Below are positions 1-13,567 of a stretch of 64,000 nt of DNA, one piece after another (within the stretch, counting starts at the first letter, position 1; each line of letters opens with the position of its first letter). The notes beneath the pieces were generated by a model. It did not search any database. It saw only the letters and a list, made by a program, of their open reading frames with translations, and was not told the origin of the DNA. The translations under genes were made by a program, and so were the position numbers. The stretch comes from Marsupella aquatica (Eukaryota; Plantae; Marchantiophyta): assembly GCA_973895155.1 (NCBI GenBank), contig OZ316899.1, positions 8,001,241 through 8,065,240 of the forward strand, read 5' to 3'.

Positions 1-1746
1 CTACTTGTCTAGACACTGTACCAACATGGAGGAAGACGTGTGGTTGATTGCCTACAGACTAATGGTTTAGGCCCTAGTCTAAACACCCTTCAACGAGATC
101 AAAGGGGTATGGTGGGGTTTCGTGTTGGTATACGAGTGGAGCAATTCAAGTTTGTAGCCGAAGTGTACTCCAGATTGAAACGGAGGATGGGTATTGTTGG
201 TCCGGTGCCATGCTATGTGGCAGAGGATGAGACTGTTGTCAAGCGCACAGTCAGGTGATTTCACTGCCTTGATTATCATCAATCATTGAATCTGAGCTTG
301 GTACTTGTTACCATGCCTACACTCTTCAATTGACTGAAGTTGTCATGTGCTATGCAGATGGCAGCCCAAACATGATACAATTTTGGGATTTTGTGGAGAG
401 AAAGAGAACCATAAATGTGTGGTGGGCTTGACCGTGAAGGTTGGAGAGGCCAAGGAGGGCTTCAACAACATAACTGGAGCCTTTCAAACATATGTTGTTG
501 GCCACCAAGCAAGAGCGCTCGTAGTGAATCCCTTGGTTCGTGGATTTCCTCGTCTCTGTTTAGGAGGAACCATTACATGCAACAAGTTTAAGGCGAACGA
601 TGTAAGAGATCAATGGAGTGACATAGGATCCCTGTGGACCACTCATTGCTTGCAGTCAGTCGGCCCCCTCTTGGGCCATGCCAGTGATGGGGATTCTTGT
701 AGGAGGAAGCTCATGCTGGAAGATTACACTAATAAAAGAATACAAGGGCCCAGACAGAACCTTTGTTGGGAATGATGGCTATTGAGTCACTCGTTTAGCA
801 CTGAGGGGCCCTATGTGCATGCTCATGGATTACATGATCAAGATTATATCCACAATGGGAAGAAGCTCATAAACACACTGGATACATTGGCTAGAACATT
901 GAAATTAGGGGCGCATGTGGCAAGTTGGAGTCATTTGGGGACTGTGTAGAAGCTTGGTACCCATGATGAACACGGCATTAACCTTGCGGACATTGGGCAT
1001 AATGATAGACAAAAATCAATTGGGCTAGTGCGCAGAGACTATGTAGTAGGAAAGTAGTGGATTCATTGAGGAAGCTTTGACAACGGAAGGATGTGAAAGT
1101 GGATATGTCACTCGGGACAGAGATTTATATAACCGTATGTGCAAACTATTTGGATGTGTTCATCAACACATCCCTTACTTTGCGCCAACGGATTGCCCTC
1201 TGTGGAAACGTTGGTTTCTTTTTCAGACTTTGGAGACTGTGGTGCTTCTATGGGAACCATACTGTAGGTGGTAATACACAACCAATTAGTTTTACAGCAA
1301 GTTGCATCCCTATGCAGAGTTTCCTTGACATTCAGATATCAATGCATTTTGTGGTCCTTCTGATAGTCCAGTTTAGAGATAATTTCCGACATCTGCCTAT
1401 ACCCTTGCAGATGACAAGCTCTGACTATTGTGAACAGTTTTTCTCTAAAGTAGGTGGGATGAAAGGGAATGAGCAAAACTATGACTTTTCAGAACTTGTT
1501 GATTGTGCAACCTCGTTGAACCGGTTGGCAGCCATGGATTTGAGCCGCGGGATTGTAGGTGCAGGCAAAAGTCATAAGAAGCACAGGTCCATTTGGATGT
1601 CTCTCATTCCAGGCCCCAAAGCCGTTGCTGATCAAGCAGACTATTCAGGCATAGAAACAAATGAGGAAGTTGTGGCAGCTTTGAAAGAGGGGTTGTTGTT
1701 GGCACAAAATGCTGCCATCCAACTTGAAATGAACCCAATCACATCT
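1..1746 (+). pseudogene. P-element/THAP9-like DDE transposase, 5' part (degenerate; starts before the window; GT-AG intron 255-357)
   Basis: Motifs in P-superfamily order: CYVAEDETVV (first D), GHASDGDS (second D), GLHDQDYIHNGKKL (DxxH, ~827-870) and TSSDYCEQFFSKVGG (E). The intron joins KRTVR to WQPK in frame. Internal stops and frameshifts are present. Confidence 0.65.
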
Positions 1747-2009
1747 TGTGATGCCTAGCCAGGAATCATTAGGCCACTTTAAATAGTAAAATCAGGAGTG
1801 TACCCTAGGAAACACCTTAGTATAGTAACAAAACAGGGAAATATAAACAATTAAGGGTGACTATGGAACACGAGCCGAGGCCGAAAGTAAGGACGTCGGG
1901 GGAGGGAACACAATTAGGGTTAGGGCGCGCTAAGTACCGGCGGCTATGGGTAACCAACGGGAAGGAAGACCAGCCAAGGGGGGGGGGGGGTAAGGACCGA
2001 GCGCAAGGA

Positions 2010-5000
2010 ATGGCGGCTCATTTGCAAGCACGAGCCAAGCGGACAACTACGGGAGGCCAACTACTGTCCGCTGCTCAGGCAAGCATTCGGGGTGGAAGCA
2101 GATACCGACAATCAACTCAAGAAGGGTATGAGCAACGTCAATCAAGCTGCTCATTTTTGGGGATGCTTGTTAGAACGGGCAACTAAGTACATTGGGACCT
2201 ACGAGGACGAAGAATCAGAGAGAGCGGCTCGAGAACGGCAGGAGCTTGCTCGGCTGTGGGAACTGTAGAAGTCTGCCTTCTTAGGAGGAGAACTCATTAC
2301 GACTGAATTCTTGTGGACGCCTACTGCCGACGAACTCGATGATCTTCTGTTTTGTGAGAACAGAATAGTTGGCATTCGGGAGGCCATCAACCGCTGCAAC
2401 GATATACATTGGGAGTTGAAGGGTAGCACGGAGGGGTGGACGAAGGCAACCGTGCTAGGAGAAACATCCACGGCAACCGCTATGAAGAGGAAAGGGAACA
2501 ACAACAAAGAAGCCACCCCGGCAAAAAGAACGAGGTCGGTGGCACCCAGGAAACCACCAGCACAGGGAAGCAGGAGGCAGGCGGAAGCCGAAGAGGTCGA
2601 CCCCATCAATGCCGTTCCAACAAGAGATGACACCTGGAAAGGCTGGGCGGTGACCCTCCCCGAGGAGGTGCAATTACACTTTGCACGGGAAGAGGATGCA
2701 TGCTTTACGGCTATGTAGACTCAAAAATACCAGGGCTTCATGGCCGGATTCGGCTTGGAAGCCTTTGTAAAGTTACCATGGCTGAAGCCAGAGGTGCCGG
2801 ATTCAGACTTACTAGAATTCGTGGGATCATGGGAGCCCGAGACCAATTCCACAAGGGTGTATGGGAAGGATTTCTATCTCACTCCCCGGGTGATTGCCAA
2901 AGTGTTTGGCTTGCCGATGGGCAATAAGATTAAAGTAGATACTAGGAAGACCTTGCCAGACAAGGAGTTCCGGTCATTTCCAGGGCCATCAACAAAGAAT
3001 GGCTTCTTCCAAAACACCTGCACAAACCCGCACATAGGAGAAATGATCAATTTCTTGCGTGTGACCATGCATTGTAACTTGCCGAGGGCAGAGATCGGCA
3101 AGGCACAGGTCTATCAGGCGGAGAGGCCAGACCCAAGCCGAGACTACAACACGTACCTCCTCACCCAACTAAAGAAGATCTTGAAGGAGGAACAACTGGT
3201 GATCGGCATGGGAAGCGTCTCCTGACTTGGTTATCATATGCCGCTGTTGTGCCGATATGCCCGAAGTCAGATATTTGCCCCGGTACTGCCCCTGCAAGCA
3301 AGAGCACCAAAGGAGGTTCTGGAACCGAGGCCGGCAATAGAGAAACCGACCCAGCGCGACAGTCCTACAATCGAGTAGGTGTTTAGGCCGAGGAAGGAGG
3401 ACTTGCCGATGCAGCAACCAGGCATGCAGAATCTGCTGAAATTGCTGGAGAAGGAAAGGAGAACGGTAACGGCAACGGGACCGGTACAGAATACTGCTCC
3501 CAAAGTCGGCCTTAGCCAACTTACCAGGGAAAACCCCTTTACCGGGGTCAAGGAGAGAAGGAGGCCGGAACACGAGCCGGGAGTCCGAATGTATGTAGGA
3601 GCTTCAAGTCCCGAAGCCGAGGAAAAGCAGCCCAAAGCTCCTGGTTGCGACAGGGAGAAGATGAGATCAACGTGGAAGCCGGAGGAACCAGGACCCGTGA
3701 TCTGTGAGGCCGTGTTCACGGCAAGACCAGGACAGCAGCGGGGGGGGAGCTGGTAGTCCAAGCCGAGGAGGAGGCGGTAGAAGGCTACGACAATGATGAC
3801 TCCGGCTACGGGTTGGATCATCGTGTTCCAGGAATAAGGACCTGTGGCAGGTTCATCCCCACGCTTCCAAGAGTAGTTCGAGGGGACCCGACCCAGCAGA
3901 GCAGGCCCGAGTCTCCCCCACCAGATGTTGCTCCCCCAAGCTTTGATGGCATAAAACAGACGGCACAGGAGTTTCAGGAATGACTTAGGGAGGAAGAAGA
4001 GGCAGCCGGAGCTAGGGAGAAGGATTTACCAGGAGGAGAATGGCCAGAGGACATCAGACGGCTTGCAGAAAAACGAAGCAGCCCGCTAGCCACGATAGAA
4101 GAATTTTGCAAGGCGGCTTGGGAACAAAGGCCGCGGTGGATGATGCCGATGACTTCTACTCACTCCGCCCATGCTAAAGAACGAGCCATGGAGTACGGGG
4201 AGATGTATGGGAAACTTGCGCTCGACATCTTTGGGGAGGAGTTGGAGCAGGGACCCTTTTTCCAGAGGGAAATGTTGGAGAAGCGCCGATTAGAAGAAGC
4301 GGTGGCTTTGGAGAGAAGCAAGAAGGACGAGGTCATCCGTCGGCTTAGGGCAAGGGAAGCCGAGGTAGAAGACCTGAAGGCGGCCAAGAAAGCCCAAGAT
4401 GAGTTGCGGATTAAGCGGCATGAGCTCAACATCATGCAGGGGCAATTGGATACCGCGCTGTCTGATAATCAGATTATCAAGGATAAATTGACTCGGACCC
4501 AAGGTGAGCTGGCCGATTCGATCAAGGGGAAGGAGAAGTAGAAGCGAGAGCTGAGAGACGCAAAGGAGGCCCAGATAGCAGCTAACAATTGGGCCATGGC
4601 GGAAACTCAGAGAAGGGAAAGGGCGATGAAGGGGGAACTCTAGGATATCCACGGAGCCCTTGAGCAGAAGGAGGCCGAGTTAGGGAAACCCTATCAGGCA
4701 ATTATCGTGCTGGGGCAAGAGCTCGCATCCATGACGGCCAGCTTCAAGGCCGACCCTGTGAGAAAGACGACCAGCTTGATCAGACTTATGCCAAGATGAA
4801 TAAAATGGAGTCTGAAGTCGTTACGGAGCTCGACAAGGAGCTGAGAGAAACCCAGGAGGAGAGGGCTACCTTAAAGAAGGAATTGGAGGAAGCCCAGAAG
4901 GAGCGGGAGGAGGCGCGCAAGGACCTGGATGAATTGCAGGAGGAGTTGGAGGAAAGCACGCGGAAGATGGAGAACTTACAGCGGCGAGCCGACAACCAAA

Positions 5001-5563
5001 CGGAGCGGCTGAAGAAACAGGCTGCAGTATTTAAATGCTTGGCTTCCTCAGGTCCAACTCCAATTGGGGCAACCAAGTTGCCAGGAGTAGTACTGGCCGA
5101 AGGACAAGCCGAGACACTCGCACCGGTGCTGGAGGTAAGTGGCAAGGGGAAGGGGCCAGCTGCCGAACCAAAGAAGAAGAAGAAGAAGAAGAAGAAGAAG
5201 AAGAAGCAGAAACCTTATGGGTCAGGGAGTAATACGGCTCCTCAAGCCGTCGTGACCAAGGAGGTAAACCCAACACCAACCTCAGGCAGGGTTACTGCAG
5301 AGGATCCAACTGCCCTAGAAGGCGGGGATGGCAAAGCCAAGGCCAGGATACTCGGTGATGAAGCCAGGGTATCGGATCCACCACTAGAGCATGCCGGGGA
5401 GGTCGTGGCCGATGCTGAGGCCGAAGCTGAGGGTGGACCCAGTCAGGCCAATGGAGAGTTGACTCGGTCCGGAGCAGGTAATCTGTTAGAGGACGGACCT
5501 ACGGTAGTGGCTGCGGAGGAAGTGTTGGGGGCGTCCATCGAGGACCAGACACCGCTGCCATGA
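2010..5563 (+). pseudogene. Decayed long ORF inside the 4.7-kb element (plant-transposon accessory-type domain plus long coiled coil)
   Basis: Collinear ORF pieces 2311-2718, 2740-3225 (LLEFVGSW..VYGKDFYLTPRVIAKVFGLP), 3379-3756, 4140-4541 and 4796-5563 (E/K-rich coiled coil). Homologous pieces occur at 36823-37221 and 52164-55080. No gag, RT or integrase motifs. Confidence 0.55.
5171..5206 (+). repeat. (AAG)12 microsatellite
   Basis: Read directly. It encodes poly-K in ORF 4796-5563; the paralogous position (~54583) has only three units. Confidence 0.95.
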
Positions 5564-6460
5564 CGGTGGTGGAGGATCGCTCCTTTTAAGGAAGGCGTAC
5601 GTGGAGGGAGGAGGCGTGAGTGGGCAGGGCGGGCTCAGATCTCCAAGTTTAGAATTAGGATCAAGACCAAGGGGCGGCCTTGACACTTAGCTTAGTGGGA
5701 TTGCGGATCCACTAGTAAGAGCAACAGTTGTGCTCCTGCCTCGCTGTACATAGGTAGATTACAGTTAGGTAGATTAGGCTTACGCTGCAAGGAATTAGGC
5801 GGATCCACTACCAGGATAAGTACCTGGGCAACGGGGAGTTCAAGGCCTTCTTCCTTAGCAAGTTTTTAGTGCACCAGCAGGGCTGGAATCAAGTAGTTAA
5901 AGAAGCTCTCGGTTAGTTATACTGTGACCCTTGTGTATATTCATGTTTCCTCATACCTAAGAGATGAATAGAGTTGGCCTCACGGTTTAGTTCGCAGATC
6001 TTGTATATGAGAAGTACTGTTTGTATGGCAAGTGCATGGTATAACTCAATCAGAAGGAGTCATTTTGCTATTTGTGTGTCGCATTAACCTGTTTGAAGAT
6101 TGCCCACATCAACCAAGAAGGGAGTAAGCAAGGTAGTAAGAGTTGGATGTGTCGAGCTGAGAGAGGTCTTAGCGGCTTACCCAAGCCAGTTGGGGATCAT
6201 TCCGGCGGCGGAATCCAAACATACCTAAAGGAAAACCAAGAGAGGAGGACAAGGGAAGGCCAAGAATAGGCCGGCTACGTATCTCATGACCCGATGAAGG
6301 ATCTTTCCAATATATGTGAGTAAAATGTTAATAGTAATAGTAGTAGAAGGAAGTTAGCAGCGTCCCATGCCGTGAAATCGGCCTCGCCAAGAGCGAAACC
6401 TGCGGGAATCGGCTTGTGCAGAGGGTTTCTTGGGTTTAGGGAGCCATGGGACGCACCACA

Positions 6461-7280
6461 CATCTTGTAGGGACAAAGTGTGGTGGGATTCACAATGGAT
6501 CATGGAACAAAAAGGATCAAAGTTTGGTGGATGGTGTGATGTTCGAGTGGAGGATCTCGATCCTGCAGACGATGTACTAGGTCCCCCAATCCCGGTGTCA
6601 GTAGGACCTGCAGTTGGTCCACAGGTCCCGAGTTCACTCCCCCCTGCTGTAGAACCTACTGCTGAAATTCCTCTTGGAAGTCCTATGGAAACGGAGTTGT
6701 TGGTAGATGAGGGAGATGATGGGGTTCCAGATGTTCAGATAGCTTCTGCTGGATGTGTAGCAGTTATGTCTGAGATTTATGCTGACCTGGTGTATGGTGA
6801 GCCTATTGTTGATGTGAAGTTTCCAGGGTCGACAAATATACAAGAGCACATTGGTTAGTCAGCTTGTTGGAAATCTCCATCTTAGCAAGGACCGCTTGAC
6901 TCGCGTGAAGCAGAGTATTTATTTCAACAATTTAGTGGATAAGCCAATGGATTGAGGTGTACCCACTATGTTCATGACTGTTGGTAGTGACTGTGGTGTA
7001 TTATTTGAAGATAATACACCACATGTGAGGGAAACTTGTTATTCTGGAGGAAGTGCTCGATGCTTGAAAGGGAAAGGACTTCAAAAGAAAGGGAGTACCC
7101 CGGACTTGAGAGCCCTCCGCAATCCAAAGAGGCCACGAGGTGTAGCAGTGAATGTGGCCACAGTACATGCGGGAGTACCTGATAGCCCTAAATATGTGTG
7201 GTCGATAGGACGAGTACAATGCATTCAGAGGAGGTATAATGGGAAAGTTGGTAGAACAAGAGAAGCTGTGGATTTGATAG
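6461..7280 (+). pseudogene. P-element-like transposase, 3' continuation after the insertion
   Basis: The frame continues across the TSD (TSCRDKVWWDSQW...). After a frameshift it reads YKSTLVSQLVGNLHLSKDRLTRVK, then ORF 6968-7363. The end point is approximate. Confidence 0.55.
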
Positions 7281-10200
7281 GCATGGTGCTGATAAATGCT
7301 TACAAAATAACGAAACATACGTGCAAATGTCTGATGGGTATTAAATATCAAATCCGCAACTAATATTATAACACCGTTCTAAGTAACAAGGTCCTTGTTT
7401 ATCTTTGCAACAGATTAGAAGAGGTGAAGGGTGAATGTGTCCCAAAGTTAATCAATTGAAGGGCCCATGGTAATACCTAATGACACGTATCACTTGTTCA
7501 TTGGACCATGTGTCATCCCACCTTAGGAATTAGGGGTTACAGGTTTTGGGGGGAAGGGTGCTCGAAGTGTGTGTTCCCCCAGGGTTCCCCCCCTCCTATT
7601 TTGGAAGAGCCTAAACACCCCTAAACCCTAAGGTGGGATGTTGGCAAGGTTGCCAAGATCAAAGCGTAGGGGTGATCTGCACCTGAACCGCTCAGGTTTG
7701 AATCTCTGCACAAGCCTAAGGAGCAAACACCATCCATTGACCAGACCGTCCCCACCCACTAGAACACCTGAGTACAATTCATGCCTGGATAGCCAGACGC
7801 TAAGTTGCATTTTGGAAGGTGGGTCTCACTTGGATATCAATTGTTATGGGTGTTTTTAGATGTACTGGTCCCTTGTAGTTTTGGATTGCACTGATTGAAT
7901 GGAGTGCAACAATGTTGGTTGTGTGAATGTTAATTTGCATGACAAAACCAGATGTTGGCTGGCTTTAATGTTGTTATTACTAATTAAGGTCTGTACTGAG
8001 CACAAATGCAGTGGGTCACAAAAGCTTTCACCTTACATATTGGCAGTCTGTCCTTGGTCACCTAAGAAACACACTACCAGTCGGATTTGAACTATGTCGA
8101 GGGCAACCTTTCCATTGGAAAGGGGTCTTCTTTTGACTCCTTTCTACAACTGACAGAAACTAGATATTTACCAATTGTAAGCAAACTCAAACATGTATTC
8201 GGAATCGTTTGCTCTTGTGGCGCAGTTACAGGTTAGTTTGTTGGTAGTAGGTTTACCTGCACTTAAGGAAACATTGCTTGGCTTTGAGGCTTTGCAATTT
8301 TGCAGTTATGAGGTACTCTTCCATTGTGTACTCTTCCAAGTATCTCAAATGACGGAAGCCTTACAATCCAGTTGGTCCTGTTCGATCCTTCCTTCAAATT
8401 ACGATCCCTGTGTCTCGGTCTCATCCATCTCGGATCATTGTTTAGTGTGTCCTCATTTCTTCAAATAACGATCCTTGTGTGTGTCCTCATTTCTTCAAAT
8501 AACGATCCCTGTGTCTCATCCATCTCAGATCATTGTTTACTGTCTTGTTGTCATCCATCCCAAGTCATTGACTGGAAGACTCCACCTACACTGCAGACCA
8601 AACGCAATATCGCTTGTAACCAGTCCCACGAGACATTCCAAATTTCCGTTTCCCCACAGTAAATAGTGTTTCTTCCTTGCTTCTCCATGACCTTTTGCGC
8701 TTGCCTGTACCTTGGCAGTTGTGCTCAGTACAGACAGTAAAAAAAACCAGAAATGGTGTAACTTTTGGTATGTTGCTAAACATTTTGTGCGGCCGAAATC
8801 ACAGAACTTTAAAATCATGTCTGTGTCGAAGAAAACCACAGAACGTTGAAATCATGTTTGCGTCGAAGAAAACAATTCTACTCTCGGATAATCATTAACT
8901 TCTAAAGGAAAGCAGTTTAATGTAAAGGATTGCACGTTTTACTTTGGATCGACGAGCCAGATTCAGGAGACCTTCCCTGGTGCAGATTTGTCGTCATTGA
9001 TGTGTATCTTGCCGCGTCTGTGGCACGACGATCAAAAACGTAGTTGCTCTGTAAGGGAGACACATTTTGACAGGTTCCACATAGCTCTGAAGCAAAATGT
9101 ACCGAAGTGGAAACATTACCTTTCAGGTCATTAGAAATCTACTCATTAAGACTTTACAAAAATGTGTCATGACACTTAGGTCAAACTACAAGAAATGGAG
9201 AAGACTCACCTTGCCTTAACTTGATTCGCTGCCCACTTTCATCGAGGGGATGGATCCCTTACCTGAGAATGGGAGATCAATCCATTTGCATTACTCAAAG
9301 TAAAGTCCTCCATAAGATTTTCACGAATTCCAGTTCTATCGCTACTGAGGATTGCACTGATGATGTGTAAATTCAAGTCAGCTCGTTGTCGGAACCTGCA
9401 TCACTTTCTACTGAACATCTTGTCCGAAAGTCACTGCTTCTTGCGCTTATTCATCAAATCTGTTCCAGTCCAATTGGCTCTGCAGCAGCCACCAAATTCC
9501 GAAAAAAAGTTTGCAGGCTTCGGACATCTCTGTTTATGCGCTCTAACCTAGCTCTTGTGAAGAGAGACCTGTACAAGTCAAGTGCATCAATGAATTTTTG
9601 CATCATGCCAAACCCGATATTTCCCACTGGATTACTTCGACTGATATTACGTGCAAAGCAACATACGATTGATTGTTCCATCTGTAATTGAGCCATACCA
9701 AAGTGAGCAAAAAGTATCAATTTGCGCAGGAGATGAAATAGAGGCTGTTAACGACACGAATAAACTATTGAAGGAACAGCCCACACCACTACACTCCAAT
9801 CTTTGAAATCAGGACATCCAAAAACTCACGTCTTTTACCCCTTCTCACATTTTCGAGTAATTAAGGAACAACATAGGATCGCCAATGGATCAGTTCACTG
9901 GTTTGCCAACGTTCTAACTCAATTAATGACCTCCCAACAATCAAAAACCCATGCAAATAATTGAAACCAGACCACAACAAATAAATTTGAATACTGATAA
10001 TAGAAGTAATCGTTCACACCACTACGGTGTTTCATAAAGCATGGACTATGTACATTGGATTAGACTCAACTTCCTGGATGGGAGACATCGCGTAATAATG
10101 TGGCTTCAAGATTGCCCCCTGATCCAAGACTGTCCTGTAAACCGAGACAACTGACGTCCCGGGCACAATTATGACCACACCTTTGTCAAAGAGATTAAAC

Positions 10201-10319
10201 GCCTAAAACTCACGCATTGTCCGTTCATGTATGTCATGGCTGTGGGCTATATACTCCATCAAGAGTAACAGTTAATAGATCCTGTAGCCTACGCAGGACC
10301 AAAAACAACGAATCATACA

Positions 10320-12586
10320 TTATACGTAGTATTGCCCCATCAGATGCTTGTCAGATCCAGGCCGGGGACCAAGAACCTGATGTCGTTGCTCTCTGAAATG
10401 ACGGAGGAGGGCGGAAGCCTGCACAAGAACATGTATCCGGCGTCAGACGACAAAAATACTTCTAGCTGTTACACAACATCGGTAAGTAAAACGATCACAA
10501 GACGAAGAACAAATCGAAATTTGTTCTTCTCGGTTAATTGCTTCATGGACTGAGGACGGCAAAATACCGCTTTCGTCTCGACGCATGGAAGGATAACTTA
10601 ACCGCTTTTGGAAGAGTAAGCCAGGGGCCCCATTATGGAGCATAGCTTTCAAACAAATGTTACCTTCTCTTTCGCGCGTGCCGTGCCAGACTGAGACAGG
10701 GCAACTAGGGGAGGAATTGCTCCCTCTTGTAACACGAGGGCTCGATGTTTGTGGCTATTCATACATAATTGTAATAAGGCAGCTGCGGCATTCTCTTTGC
10801 CTCTTTGTGACCCAGCCTCAACAACCTCCACCAAAGCTGGTATTCCTCCTTCCTCCCCAACTGCAACCCTCCCTTCTGGTATAGTTGCAAGATTCGCTAG
10901 CACTGCCACTGCCTTGTCAACCATTCCAGCAGCAGGGTCGGCCATCAGCTCAACAAGAGGTTTAATAGCCCCAGCGCGAACAATACGGGCCTTGTTTTCG
11001 TGAAAGATTGACAAATTAAATAATGCTGTTGCTGCGTCCTTTTTCCCCCTCGGAGTTCCATTTATTAGCAGATGTACCAGAGGCGGTATTGCACCTGATG
11101 CCCCGATGGTTACTTTATTATCGTCCATCACAGATAAACTAAAGAGAGTGGCAGCGGCGTTTTCCATAGCCTGTACACTCCCTACATTGAGGACATTTAC
11201 AAGAGGGTCTATAGCACCAGCTGCAGCAATCTCGGACTTGTTATTATCATTGATTGATAAGTTCAGCAGCGCAGTCACAGCATTCTCTTGAGTTTTAAGA
11301 TCCGCAGACTTCAGTAATGCAACTAATGGTTTGATAGCACCTGAGTTGGCGATTAGGATACGATTCTCCATGTTGTACTTGGCGAGAAGCCTTAATTCTG
11401 CGGCCGCTTGCCTCTGGATATCGACAGCATCTGACTCGAGATCCAGGACCAACCCAGCAATTATCATCTGAGCATTGCCATGGTTCTCAAGAGTGTCTTG
11501 AATCGGGCTTAGGACGATTGTCGGCAAAGTTACTTCTCTCTCGTCTCCAAGCCGTCTCCACGAAGCACCTGCTGTCCTGTCTTGTGGACGAGACGGCGGT
11601 CCTGTTTCCTCTGTGAACCCAACAGTGGAAGCAATAGCAATAGACAGTCTCTCCATTTCACCGGGCACATCACTCTGGTATGGAGAAGAATCAAGAGGAG
11701 TGTGAATAATGTCACCTGCAGCACCGTCCTGTACTACGGAAGATCCCTGAGCATCATCCAAGCTTGAAGCTGCGCTTACACCCGAACTTGCACGATCGTC
11801 GTTGCTGAGAGAAGACGGTTCGTGGACAGAGTCAGCCAGGTATTTTTCTTTCTCTTTCAACAGTGAGATTCGCCGAAGATTTAATGCTCCTTCTACTTGA
11901 TACGTGATAGGATATCGACAGTCTGGCTGAGTTCCTCCTTGATCTTCTCCACCGTTTACACATACAATCCCATCGAGTTGTCCTTCATCGTTTGAAGTGT
12001 GCAACAAGGTGCGTCTTGATCTTGCCGGGGGACGACTCCCAACTCCGGACATGCTCCGTTCTTGATGACGTGGCTTGACTAAAACCAAAGGCTCCTGCAC
12101 CTGCCTGGCAGCAGAATCTATCCTGCGCTCTTCAAGATCAGTCTTCAAACTCGGTACGGGAGACGGTCTAAAGATGGTACTCAACCTATCAATCTTTGAC
12201 GGTTCCGGGAGAGGGACATTGTTAGCTTCACACCAACTGGCAATCAACGCTTTTACTGTGTAGTTCGGGATAAGATTGGTGTGCGTGAGAATTTGCCTTG
12301 TCTTGGGACAAGTCGTATTTCCTTGATCTAGCCATTGCTGAATATAAACTCGTTCATATGTTTGCCCCGACGCTACTATTACAGGATCAGACATCAGCTC
12401 CAAAGAAAGAGGGCATCGAAAGTCCGGTGGAATCTGTGAACCTAAAGGTCTCTGCTCCCCGGCCAATTCTACCATTGCTCCTGAGGAGAAAATTCCCTGA
12501 CCTACGTGTTCTTCGTCAAGATGCTCGTTGCCATCTGTTCTGCCATCATCCCTCTGACCATCTGCATCGTACTTCTCGGCCTCCAT
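10320..12586 (-). CDS. Plant U-box/ARM-repeat E3 ubiquitin ligase (PUB2/3/4-like); exons 12586-10664 and 10418-10320; 673 aa
   Basis: U-box (IPPDFRCPLSLELMSDPVIVASGQTYER..LIPNYTVKALIASW) and ARM repeats (QENAVTALLNLS, GKKDAATALFNLS, GKENAAAALLQL). Phase-0 GT-AG intron 10419-10663 adds ASALLRHFREQRH...YYV*. An in-frame TAG lies directly before the ATG. Probable 5'UTR intron acceptor at 12606-12607. Confidence 0.93.
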
Positions 12587-13567
12587 CTATCCCTTTGAAG
12601 AGAACCTGCAGCGATTCGGCACGCTAACATAACATCTTTCTTTCCCGTCCCTTAAAACTTGTCTTTCAACGATAATTCAATTCCCAGTGATATACGATAA
12701 TCTGCGGTATGTGAGGCAAATCTTTCGCTTGCGCACTCGTTCCTGTGCACACTTCTAACCTGTGACATTTCGAATGGCTTCTCAGTTCTTTTGTCAAGCA
12801 AGAATCACCCAAATGACAATCAACACGTTGCGGGAACATTGACTGTTGTCTATAAGGACAGGAGAGGAATGTAGGCTCGAGACTGAGGGTACTGGAAAGA
12901 GAAAAACGTCCGCGCATTTCTATGAGGAGGAACGACGCCCATGGTAAAAATAACACAACAACATGAAAGGAAAACAAAAAAGAAATCGAACTTAAATCTC
13001 GGAAATTGCAGGAAATCAAACAAACAACGGAGACCAAAGGTAGTGAACATGACGAGTAAAAGAGGAGACCGCACATGCTCGAGAACGAAACATCGCTACC
13101 AGCAAGCAAAAATCCTATTTTAAATCCAGCGTTCCTCCCCAAGGACTCTCCCGACCAGTTTTGTATGCCGACGACGATCTGCACCCTTGTTAAAGTTTGC
13201 TCTCGTTCAAAGAGGGACAGGCAAAACCGACAAATCCTTGCGCAGGAGCGCGATTCAAAAGCTTCAAATTGATTATGGACAATTTATAATGTGCATTGCC
13301 GACGACCAATTTCTTCCGATAAAAATTAGCTAATTCCTTACTACGTTGTCGGCCCACCTACTTTCGTTAGAAGGTTGCTACTTGTACAGCAAGATTCACA
13401 AACATCATTATTGCGTCGCCAGCCCAGAGCAGAATACGGTTTTTACATATAAGATAAAGGAGGTATGGGGTGAATAGGGTGAAGAATACACTTTTCATGC
13501 CTTATTCAGATTTTGTGTATTTCGATGTATCTTAACAACGTGAATTATTTGTATTAAATTTGATTTT

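Larger units (their letters stand above)
1747..6460. mobile_element. 4.7-kb TG..CA element, probably a giant solo LTR, inserted in the P-like transposase
   Basis: Starts TGTGATGC and ends GCACCACA (imperfect inverted termini). 5-bp TSD CATCT at 1742-1746 and 6461-6465. Removing it restores the frame MNPITSC-RDKVWWDSQW. Confidence 0.85.

Noticed and set aside
8000-10300. Possible extra minus-strand gene downstream of the U-box gene (ORFs 8537-8839, 9454-9720)
   Set aside because: I could not build a consistent exon chain or find a domain. It may be UTR or intergenic DNA, with a small local duplication at ~8390-8540.
10649-10663. ORF-track C-terminus VTFV* for the U-box protein
   Set aside because: It is intron read-through. 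The GT donor at 10663 splices to a conserved last exon at 10418-10320.
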